Assembly: GCA_000004985.1 (NCBI GenBank)
Contig: GG738875.1
Direction: 5' to 3' (one strand)
DNA from: Naegleria gruberi
Taxonomy: Eukaryota
DNA: 64,000 nucleotides
The position numbers and the translations under genes are program-made. How positions within the stretch are numbered: position 1 is the first letter of the stretch; every line of letters begins with the position of its first letter. The notes below the pieces were generated by a model, which saw nothing but the letters and a program-made list of their open reading frames with translations, was not told the DNA's origin and did no database searches. Of the stretch, positions 32,890-44,800 are shown in pieces.

Positions 32890-35800
32890 TTACTGCGTGC
32901 TGCCGAGAAGGGCAACACCTCTCAACTTCCACTTTGATTTATCTTCCAAACAATTAAGTTCAACATTGAAGATAAAGGTCAAGTCACTACGATTCTTATT
33001 TCTATACACTGGGCATGTGTAAGAGTTCTTCTTCTTTTCTTTTTCCTTATTCTTATCATTAGCAGCAGCAACATTTGAATCCTTAGCAAAGGCAGAAATG
33101 TGAATAACAGGTAATTTGCAAGTGAGGATTTTTGGTAGAGATTCAGTGAGTCTTGCTGAAGCCTTATCCCAACCAGCACCTTCCAAAGATAAACCATGGA
33201 TGTAAACACCTTCACTTGGAGGTTCAATTACATCTTTTTCTTCCATCTTGGTAACTTCAGTCTTGAGTACGACATCATCAAGAGCCCAACCTCTGGCTCT
33301 AGCTACTTCTTGTTGTACAGCTGTCAAGAAACCTTGTGGATTGTAGAATCCTGTTAATTTGAATGAGTTTGGTCTTCCTTCAGTGAGCCACTTGAATAAT
33401 TGGTCATGTCTGGTATCAAGTTCATTGAACCACAAACCAATAGTTTGGGACTCCCAAGAGAATTTCTTCCAAATATCTGGAACTCTACCATCGTAAATAT
33501 TATTCAAAATATCAGATAAACCAGCACTCATGATGATAGCACCATCAATGGCCAGCTTTAAATTGGTAAGATCGGCTCTTACCATACCAATAAGCTTTTG
33601 CAATCTATCAATTTCTTGACTAAGGAAAACGTTCAATGAATTTCTATCAAAACCACCTTGCTTCTTAATTTCAGAATCAACCATATCACGTTTGAAATCT
33701 GGTGGAAGTCCCTTCAAAAATTCATCAGCCTTCTTGAAAACGTTATCTTCTCTTGTTTCTCCGGCGCCACCAGCACTTTCCTTTGGTTGAACATCGAGGA
33801 TTGTTGACAATACTGACTTTGATTCATCAGTTCTGTAGTTAATATCAGCATTAGGGTGCAAGCCAAATACTTCAGGGTTATCAATTTGAGGAATTTGCTT
33901 TTCAATAAATTCGACAAATTGTTCCTTATCTACTTCAGTGATAACTTTTTCAGCACTAACGAAAGGAATTGTGTAACCATCATAAAATTTAAATTCAACC
34001 TTTGCAACATCAGGAGATAACCACTTTTCACCATAGGTCTTGAATAGTTGTCTGTCTCTTTCGTCAGTAATCTTACCACCATAGTGTACATCGCAAATCA
34101 TGTATCTAATAGTTGGCCAACTGATGGATCCCTTCTTGATATCATCACCTATTGAAGCAAAGTGATTTTGCATGAACATTAAGGAAGCACTCAAGTCAGC
34201 AAAGTTGAATTCATAAGGAATATTCCATCCCAAGTAACCAAACTTCTTTCTTTCAGAAACAACAGAGCTCAAGAAACACATTGTGTAAATGAGTGGTTTC
34301 CATTCTGGTCTCTTTGATGCATCTAACATATCTTGTGTGACCCATTCAAAGGCGTTCTTCATACCTGCCTTCACACCAACATCGCCTTCAAGAGTAAGCT
34401 TAATAGATGTTTGAAGTAAGCCAATTGGGAATTTTGGATGAGGTTCGCTAGTAACCCAAATTCTAAAGTCTGGATGTATATTTTCAGCATTCTTAATCAT
34501 ATCTTCAATAAGACTGATAAATTTCAAACCCAAGTGACAGTTTTGTAATAATACCCAACTACCAGTGGAGAAACCAGTTTGAATATATTCTGTAGCTCTT
34601 GGTTCCTGCCCTTGACCCATAGAAATGGCTAACACATCCTTCTTGTGGTGTCTGGCCAAGCCTTCAATTGCTGAAGTTGGATCAGAACCAGGACTCAACA
34701 AACAAACAAATGGCGTCTTGTTATCACTTTCCTTCCAGACGTTATCCAAGTTGATAGGTACAACGTCTAAGTACTTTTGGCCAAGTGCTGATCTAATATA
34801 TTGCATAGCAGCAAGGATGGTTCTGTCTTCTCTCAATGAACGAATAAGTAACAATTTTTCAAAATCTGTCAGGTTACTATATTCTGGGACCTTTGTTTCT
34901 TCAGGCTTTTCTTCGTCATAGAACTTCTTCCATAACTTGTCATTCTTGTGCATTTTTTCTGGCAATTGTTTGAATGTTTCAATAGAGAACAAGCTCATTA
35001 CATTCAACCAGTTAACATCAGGTAACCAGTCAACCTTTTGTCTAACTTTAGACAAGTCAAGCAAAGAACCTCCTCTTAATAGAGTACTGAATTGTTCAAA
35101 GTCTAATTTTCCTTCTCTTAATTGAATCTTACAAGTGAGCAATAGTAAGAATAAGAACTTGTGTCTCTTGAAAAGACCTCTGCTTGTGTATCTGTAAATA
35201 ATGAAGGTACATGATTCCTTAATATTAATAATTCTTTGAGAGGCAACAGGAGCAGGAGCTGCAGTCTTAATACCTCTATCAAAGAGAATCAAGAATTGAT
35301 TCAATGAAGTTTGGTACATAGGATTGACCAATGACATTTCAACAATCAAGAAATAGAGAACAGAACCTCTGATAGCAACATCTTCATATTCCATTCTAGC
35401 CTTATTGATTCTTTCCTCAGTATCTTTTGCATTTACAAGCTTTTCCTTAATTTCAGCTGCTTGCTTCTTTGTTTGGGCTAATACAGCAATCAATACTTCA
35501 TCTTCAATAAGAGACTTGTCTGATTCTTCAGAAAGTTTTGACAACAATTGGGCTTCAAGATCAGCCATGACTTGTTGGTTACCGTTAATATCTTCCAAAA
35601 TCTTTTCTCTTTGTTCTTCCAGTTCAGCCTTTTCTTGTTGGATAACATAACCCAAAAGCTGTTGTTCCAACCCTTTCATGGTAACTGTAAAGTCAATAAT
35701 GTTGCACTTAGCAAACAACTCAGGAGTAAAGTTAGGATTGGCAATCTTTGTTGTCAAGAACAACTTGAATCCATCATCGTAATCAATAGCCTTATCTTGA

Positions 35801-38800
35801 ATGATGATTTGCTTTTGTTTACCAGTCATAACGAATGACTTTTCCAATAGAGGATCAAGCATAGGATCAATTTCTTCTTCCACATTTTCAATGATAAGTG
35901 GACGACCATTTGAAATGGCATCTTCAAGTTGATTACGGAAGTACTTGTCAGTCAATCTAACAATTAAGAGACCTTGTTTTTCAAACTTCTTCTTCAACCA
36001 GGCTAAACCTTGTCCTTGAGGATCAACCAACAAAGCCCACTTAGAGGACTTTGTCAACATGATAGCATTTTGAATTGAGTGGGAGTCAGTTGGTAAGCCT
36101 TCAAGATTCCATGCACCTATTTGAGCTTCAGTAGTCAACAAATCTACAATCTTATCCTTCTTTTCATTTTTATCTTCTTCTGTTACAGGAATATCTTTTT
36201 CTTTACAATCAGCATAGAAACATTTGGAGAGCAAAATCTTACGGAATTCACTGTTAAAAGGTCCACAGTAAGAAATAAAAGCACAAGCGAGTGCAACATC
36301 ACCAGTTAACTTTCTCAATCTATCAGAGAATTGTTTGGATTGAATACCCCATCTTTCACTTTCTCCGCCAAGAGATGAAATAAGACTGGTTGCTTGTTCC
36401 ATGAACTTTCTTGTCTTTTCAGCATCTTCTTCGAGAAGTTCCTTTTTTCTTGTTTCTTCTTCGAAAACTCTTTGCTTTTCTTCAAATTCAGCGATGACCT
36501 TATTCAATTCTTCCATCTTCTTATTCAGTTGTGCAGTAGCGATAGCAAGAGTTTCTTCAGCTTCTCTAAGTCTTTCTCTCTTTGGTCTAACTTCCTTTTC
36601 TACGTTGTGATATTCAGCCATAGCACGAACCCAAGTACACAAATTTGAAGCAGCTGAACTTGATGATTTGATGATATCATATGTAAAGAATGAGTAATTA
36701 ATATAAGGCATCAACAATTCTACAGTTTCATCTGTAATTTCATCTTGCTTAAATTGTTGGATACCTTTCAAGAAACCAGCGTCAGCAGTCATCTTTTGAG
36801 CGTTAGAATATGAGTCTTCAATTATGGCACCCAATTTTTCGTCATTAATAATTTTAACATCATTGATTGGGAATTGTCTCAAGATGAGAACACCATCAAA
36901 TACGGTTTTAATGGCTTGAGCAGGAACTGTATAGGCCTTGACAGTTTGAATGTCTTTTGGTTGAATTGAAGCAACAGCCTTTTCAGCTCTTTCCAGGGCT
37001 GGTTTAGCTTTTTCTAAATCTGCTAAAGCTTCCTTCTTTTGAATTTCAACCAAGTTATGCTCCTTTTCAATAATATCCTTTTCTTTTTCTACTTCAGTCT
37101 TCTTAGCCAATGTCTTGGTCTTGCTTTCGGAAACTTCTTTCATGATCTCTTCAGCTTTGAGTTTGGCTTCATCCAATTTCTTTTCCTTAATCTTCAACTC
37201 AATTTGAAGCTTTTCAACATCTTCCTTTGCTTCATGAAGTTTAGAGAGACCCATAGCAACGTTCTTAGCTTCTTTATCAATTTCAGCATACTTAGCTCTG
37301 TATACGTCCTTATACAACTGTATAAATGATAGGTAAGACTTTGGAGTTGTGTGGACTGCTCTTCTGAATCTTTGGAAGTATTCAGAGGCGACTTCATTAA
37401 TCTTATTGTGTACTGCAGCCATGTGTTTAATCAAACTCTTCTTGACTTCAGGTGTACAATGAATTTCATAATCATCCAAGAATTTCTTGGCAACACTTGT
37501 CAAAGCTTCCTCTGGCCATGGGAAGAACCAATTTACAGAACATCCACTGATAAGAGCAGGGAACTTCAAAGCTCTGCTTCTGAACTTCTCACTAACTGGT
37601 GAGAAGCACAATACAATATGCAAATTATCTCTAACTCTGTTGATAAAGAATCTGTACAAATTATCATAAGTATCATTTCTTCCAATAGTAGTTGGGTATA
37701 AACGTTTAGCAACCATTCTCAAATCGTTAATGATAGAATCAATTTCTTCTTTCATGAATAGACCAGAGACTTCTCCTGAAGATAAGATACTATTAATATA
37801 TTCAAGGAAAGTTTCATCTTTGATTTCGTTATCTGTGAAAATGAAACTGACTGGTTTTCCTTGCAAACCAGCAAGCTTGAACATTTCTCTTAAATCTTCG
37901 AAGAAGTTGTTAGCGTTATAAGTCTTGTGAAGAACAATTTGCTTGATTTCATAGCCTGCAATAAATGAAGAAAGTCTTGTTAATGATTGTTTTCCTGAAC
38001 CACCAACACCGACTAATAAAGCATTACCTCTTGGCATACTCAGAATTCTTGAAATACGAACCAAGTGTTTGAGAGCCATGTCGAAGAGAACCAAGTCCAA
38101 TTTTTTAATATGCTTTCTTTCACCATTGTAATTCTTCATGAATCCTTCAACTCTTTGTCTGAGAGATTCAATTGACTCAATAGGTTCATAAATCTTTGGA
38201 GCTTCTTCAACTACTTCATCAGTGTCCTCATCAACAATAGGATCTCTCAAGAAATTGACAAAGTAATAATTATCAACCTTAGCTAATTCTCTGCCAAAGT
38301 ACTTTTCAGCTGTCTTAACAATGGAATCATCAAACCAAATCTTGTCTTTGACATCATTCAATCTGTCTGAGAAAACTCTACCACATTCGTGTTTCCACAA
38401 TCCCATCAAAATTTGTGGAGTTTTAACAACATCTGAAGGACAGTTCATTAAACCTTGATAGACTCTTGATAAATCTCTCAAGTTGAAAATGTAGTGGAAC
38501 TTCTTTGGAGTTGGAAGCATCTTATCTTGAGTCATTCTCCAGAATTCAATAGTAGCTGGAGTAATGCTTGATGCAAGCTTTACCATTTCATCAGAGAATC
38601 TTGTAGTATTATATCTACCTCTGATGACAGAACCGAAGATTTGGTCAATAGATGCTACAGTAGGAAGTGTAATATTCAAAATAGAGAAGTGTCTCTTCAA
38701 TCTTTCAGGAATATCATTCTTACCACCACCTGGATGGGACATGGCAGCAATAAATTGCAAATCTTCAATATGAATAAATTCACCAATCTTAGTTAAACTG

Positions 38801-41800
38801 TAGAATCCCTTTTCTTCTACAAGTTGTCTTACAATTTCGTTTGTAACTTGATCTCCCCAAGCATTGATTTCTGGCATGTTAATATCGTCAACAAAGACTA
38901 CCATCTTCTTGTTTTGAGGTGGTCCGTAAACTCTGAATCTCTTTTCAATATTGTCTTGAATAGTGAATTGGAAGATGTTGTGTGTTGTTGCAGAAGAAAA
39001 GTTAATCTTCTTATACATCATTGTTTCAGGGTCCAAATTGTACAAGTAGTTTTCAATTGTAACAGTCTTTGCTGTACCAGAACCACCTGTGAACAAGATA
39101 TCCCTCTTTTGTTTAGCCAAGAGTTCAATGATATAGGTTGTTCTTACAGAATCTGAAGTAGGAACGTACAAGGTACTGAATTCAAGAACATCATTTTCAG
39201 GATAATTCCAAGCAGGAATAACAGCCTTCCAATTCTTCCACTTCTTAGATGCAGGATCAACGAAAAAGTCATAAATATTTTCATCTTCACCCATATCAGT
39301 TGGGAAAATGGTTGCCTTGGATTTGATATAATCACTGAATTGTTTTCTCGCCTTTGATTCCAACAAACCACCAATAGACCAAGCAAAGGAATACCAGAAA
39401 AGCATTTCAATATGTTGCTTGTCTAATTTGATTTCTCCCTTATTAGAGTGTTCTTGAATCAACTGTGTAATAATACTGAAACAGGTCATAACTTGATTGA
39501 CTCTAACAACATTCATCACAGACTTAAGCTCTTTCTTAATATAATCAACACCATTGTCAATATGAGTTGTAAATAATGTTCTGACAATAGTTGTTTCTTC
39601 TTCCTTGAACGGAGCGACTGGTACAGAGTCACCAGTTGAAATAGTTTCATTAACTCTTCCTGCGTATCCTTTCAATCTTGATTCTAAAACAGGAGCCCAA
39701 CCAAGAACGGATTCAGAAATATAAATTTGACCAGCTCTAGAAACAGTAGCAGGAGAGGCATTATTCAAGTTTTCGACTTCGAAACACATCTTAACATCTG
39801 GGGACATTGCTAATCTATCACCGTTAGCAAGAGTCAATAACTTGTTATCATCCAAAACAGTGTTCAAATTTTCAATCCAAATAGCATCAACAGGACCATC
39901 ACAATTGATCCAAATGTGTTGCTTTCTTTGTTTGTTTGCTTGTTTCCACAAGTCAGAGAAAATACCGTCAGTCCATTCGTTTGCTACTACATCAAGTTTA
40001 CCAAACATTTGATTAGCTGTAATGGCCTTTGGATTCATTCTAAGTTGTTTATATGTTTTCTCTGGATTGAGAACACTGAGTGTCTTCAATAATATAGAAT
40101 AACAAGCACTTTTACCTGAACTGGCAGCACCGACCACCATGATACCGTGACGAACCAAACAAGTTTCATATAATTGGATCACTTTTTCCACCCAAGGTCC
40201 ATGATTTTCAAAACCATTTTGTTTGATTTGTTGTTCAAGTTGCTTTTCAAGTTCTGGAAAACGTCTCTTTTCTGCAACAATTGAAGGGAACAAGTCTTCT
40301 ACAAGAGAATTGAACAAGCTAACGTCTTCAGCGACCAATTTAGAAGTGTTCATGTCTCTGAGAGTTCTCATGAGCAAGAAGTGTTCTGATTTACCAATGT
40401 TAGCTCTCATTGTTTCACCAGCAGTTCTCAAAACTGACAAAATATTTCTGAGACCAAAATCGTAGTGAGCTTGTTTTGAAAGCTGTTGTTCACAAAGTCT
40501 GTACAAGACATCGAACTTCTTTGATAATGGTTCGTTCTTCTTGTAACCAGCAGCAGCTAACTTGACTCTAATAATAATTCTTCTGTCAGGAACCATCATA
40601 GTGACACCTCTAAACAAAACCTTCAAGTTTTCTGGAAGTTCTTGACGTCCTTGATAACCAGGATTCATAGTAATAAACATGGCTGTCTTGTCATTCAATT
40701 TACATGGTTTACCATCTGTAAAAACGAATTTCTTTTTACCATCTCTCAAGGTTGACAGAATGGATTGGACTTGTTGAGCAACGACAGACAACACTTCAAG
40801 TTCAATACGATTGAATTCGTCGAAACAACCCCAAGAACCACTTTGAGCCAAACCTCTAAAGATTTTACCCATAGCTCTATAATCCATTTGATCTGAACAG
40901 TTAAAGACAACTACATATTTACCAAGAGTTCTACCCAAATCTTTAACAGTTTCTGTTTTACCTGTACCGGCTGGACCAGCTGGAGCACCACCTAACTTCA
41001 AACCGATGGCTTGAGAGAGGGTAAGATAACATCTGTCGGTCAAAGGTGTAATGACCAGTCTTTCCTTACAACCCAAATATTCATAACAATATTCTTGATC
41101 GATATCTGCAATAGAAACAATACAAGTATCTTGATCTGGTTTCCAATAGAATCTGGCTTGTTTTTGCCAATCAAAATTAATAGTGTCCTTAACTCTATCT
41201 CTTAAAAGTTCACCGAAAACGTCACGTTGGTGAACTTGAATTGTAATAAGAGTTTCAACCTTTGTTCTTTCCAAAGGAGTCAATTCTCTTGTTGTTAAGG
41301 TTGTAAGTTCATCAAGAATAGTTGAAATTTTAGCATGGGTATTAGACATTGCTCTCTTATCAGACTTGGCTGAATTCAAAGCATTTTCACATTGTACTGT
41401 CCACACGAATTGAATACCAAGAATAGTAACTTGAGCAGGATACTTTTCAATGAAACTAGTGAGTGACATTGTGTTACATTCTTCAGCAGCATCTCTGACA
41501 ATGAAACGAAGAGTTCTTTGCATTTCTTCTTCGAGTTTTTGTAACCAATCTTCAACGTTACCTGCAGCTACAACAGCATCATTAAGAGGAACAATTTCTC
41601 CTTCAGGGGATTGCATACTCAAAATCTTGTTGTCTTGTCTAGCATCGAAAGTAACCTTTGAAATAGAGTCGAAAATTGTAATCAAAGCAGGTTGAATAGC
41701 ATGAGGATCAGATGATTGAGACAAGATTTCCAACAAAGCAGTGTCAGAGTTGAAATAGAATCTTGGGAAAATATCTCTCTTTTGTTCCAAATAACCAGCC

Positions 41801-44800
41801 AAAGCCTTTTGACATTCTTCCAAACTGATTTTAAGAGCTGGCAACATCTTCAACATTTCATTATCAAAGCAGAAACGAATAACGTTTGGAGTAGCAACAG
41901 CCTTTTGTAAAATCTTGACCCAGTTCTTATCAATGTGACTGAATTTCTTGTCTTCATGTGGCAATTGTCTCTTAATATCACCACTTGCAAATACAGGCTC
42001 AAGATAAAGCCATTGAGCTTGAACTTGTCTCCAAGCTTGAATATTTTCAGTTACAGATGTAAGCTTTTGCATCCATCCAGAGGCTAATTCTCTGAATGGT
42101 TCCAAATACTTTGAACCCATGATACCACCCAAGTTCATTTGGGCTTCTTCAAGTTGTTCCATCAATTCTTGAGTTTCAGCACCCTTCAAGATAATAGGAC
42201 CACGGTGTTTGTATTCAGCGAAAGACAATTCTCTATCCTTCCATTCTTCAGTAAGCTTTTTCAACTTGTCTTCAATTTCTAATTCCTTACGAGCTGAGTT
42301 ACAAACATCTTCGACTTCTTCCTTACATGCAAGTAAATTAGCTTCCAAAATGTCTTTAAGTTTAAACACATCGTCTTCCTTCTTAAATTGCTTCTTTGTG
42401 AGGGCTTCCAAACGTTCCCAATGTCTTTCTCTCATAGATGGATTCTTAAGTTGATCCAACAATGGTTGTAATTCTAAGAAATCTTCAATAGTTTGTCTCA
42501 AATTTTCATAAGCCTCAATGCCTTTTGCAGCTTTCTTTAAAGAATTACATTTAGTAGCAAACTTGTTGACTTCATCAGTAATGGCTTGGAAATCAAGTTC
42601 AGACCACAATAACTCTCCATAACTACCAACTTGTTTCTTAACCTTAATGTATAAATCGTACAAGGTGTCGTATAACTTTAACATCTTTTTCATCTTTGCA
42701 AGATCTGGGTATTCTTGCATTGGCAATCCGAATAATTTTTCACCTTCTCTGTACACTTCATATTTTCTTTCTCTTTCAGCATACAGTCTTTGGAATTTGT
42801 TCAGTCTTTCTCTAGCTTCTTCAGGTGCAATATCAGGTACTGCAGGCCCATTAAGTGTAAAATCTTTACAGAATTGCTCGACATCGGTTTTAAAGAGCTT
42901 TACCTCAGAAATTAATCTTGTCTTGAACCCACTTTGAACCTTAGAAATAGTTTCGTTAACTTTACTGGCCAATCTAGTCAATTTCTCCCACTTGAAAGCC
43001 AGATCGTAAACTTCATCAATTTCTTCCTTAGGAACATTTACAGAGTACTTTTTCAAAATAGAATATCTGTCAGCAATTTTAGAGAAATCATATTCAATCA
43101 TTGCTTCCCTAGATCTAATATCCATAACAGTACCCATGACAAATCTCAAGTCTTCAAGGTTTGCAATTTCTTGAGATAATCTCTTTGTAGATTCATCCAT
43201 CATTGTCAAATAGTTGTTCAATTCTTCCTTTGCACTTTCGTGAAGGTTATTGGCATATTGAACTTTCCATTGAATAACTAGCTGGAGTATGGAATTCTTC
43301 AATCCTTCTGCATCCAAAAAGAATGGACCCACAATACTTGATGTCTCCATTTGGCCAATCTCATTTTCAAGAACTGTGTATTTGTTCAACTCCTTTTCAA
43401 AATCATCAAGAGTTGGCTTCTTATCAACACATTTATCAACAAACTTTTTGTAGGCTGTTTGTTTGTCTTCCTTCCAGAGATAGCTGTACTTTTCGTATTT
43501 AGCCATAAATTGCTTAATTTCTTTTTGTAATAAAGCACAAGCTCCACTAGATGTCATTACCAGTCTAATAACATCACAGTCTCTGGATACTTCTCTGTTG
43601 AAGTGAATCTCTGGTTTGCACCTCCATGGTTGGATTGCCTTTGGAGATCCTAAAACAGATTGAACAACTCTGTCAATAGACTCTTGAATTTCTTCAAGGT
43701 TAGGTTTGAGAATTACATCAGGAGCTGCAAGTTCAAAACCAATTTTGAAAATTGGATCACCATGTGTGTCCTTTCTTGTTCTGCTTCTAAAGTAATGCAA
43801 AGACTTTACGACAGAATTCAGTAAGTTTTCTAAAATTGTTCTATGGTAAAATTCTTTAAGTCGAGTCAACAAATCTGGAGTAATTGTTAGTTTTGTTTCC
43901 TCGAATGGAAAACCAGAAATTACTTCTAAAATATCCTCTACGGCTCTTTCTATTTCAATACTCTTATTGTTGAGCTGTTCAGATAATTCTTTTGAGTATT
44001 TGTCTTGTGTATCTACAATTTGTTCAAGAGTGGAATCTTCTCTTTCAGGGAGCAAGAAAAATCCAGTATTTGATATATCCTTCAAATTTTTGTCGATTCT
44101 TCCATCGATAATATCATTAACCTTAAGTAATACATCTTCTAACTTTTCCAGTGTCTTGTGAATTCTCTTTAAATAAACTGAAATATTCATAGAAGTCCAT
44201 GAAAGAGTTGTAACACCAGGATCAATTTTCTTCTCAAGCTCGTCAATATGTGGTTCAAGTAATGGCTTTACATCATCTTTAACCATAGAAAGAATTCTTG
44301 CTCTTTCCTTCAAAACAAAGGATAACTCGTTGTAATATCCTTTGTATTTTTGTTCTTGAAGGAGAACAGTTTTACCCACATCTGGGATTTCAACTCCAAG
44401 TCTCATTAACCATTTGGCTTCTCTAATGAGTTGAATTATTTCAATATCAAAGTTAACAAAGAGTCTATCTTCAACCTTAATAATCAAAGTTGCCAATAAA
44501 CCGTCCTTTGCCTTTTCAACATATTTCTTCCAAGCTTCCAACCATGAGGTTTCAAACTTGATTAAACCCATCAAAACCTTGTTGTATGTTTTGATAATCT
44601 TCTTTGATTCCTTACTTTGCATAATAGTTGGGATTTGTTGGAATTTAGTCATTGGCTCCTCTATTCTTCTCATAAGTTGTCTACACCAAATAACTTTTCC
44701 GGCAACGGGTGGGGCATTTCTTACCAATGGTGGTTTAACTTTGAATTTTTCATATAGCTTTTGAATGTTATCAAGTTGGAATCCATAGTTGTGGAAAATT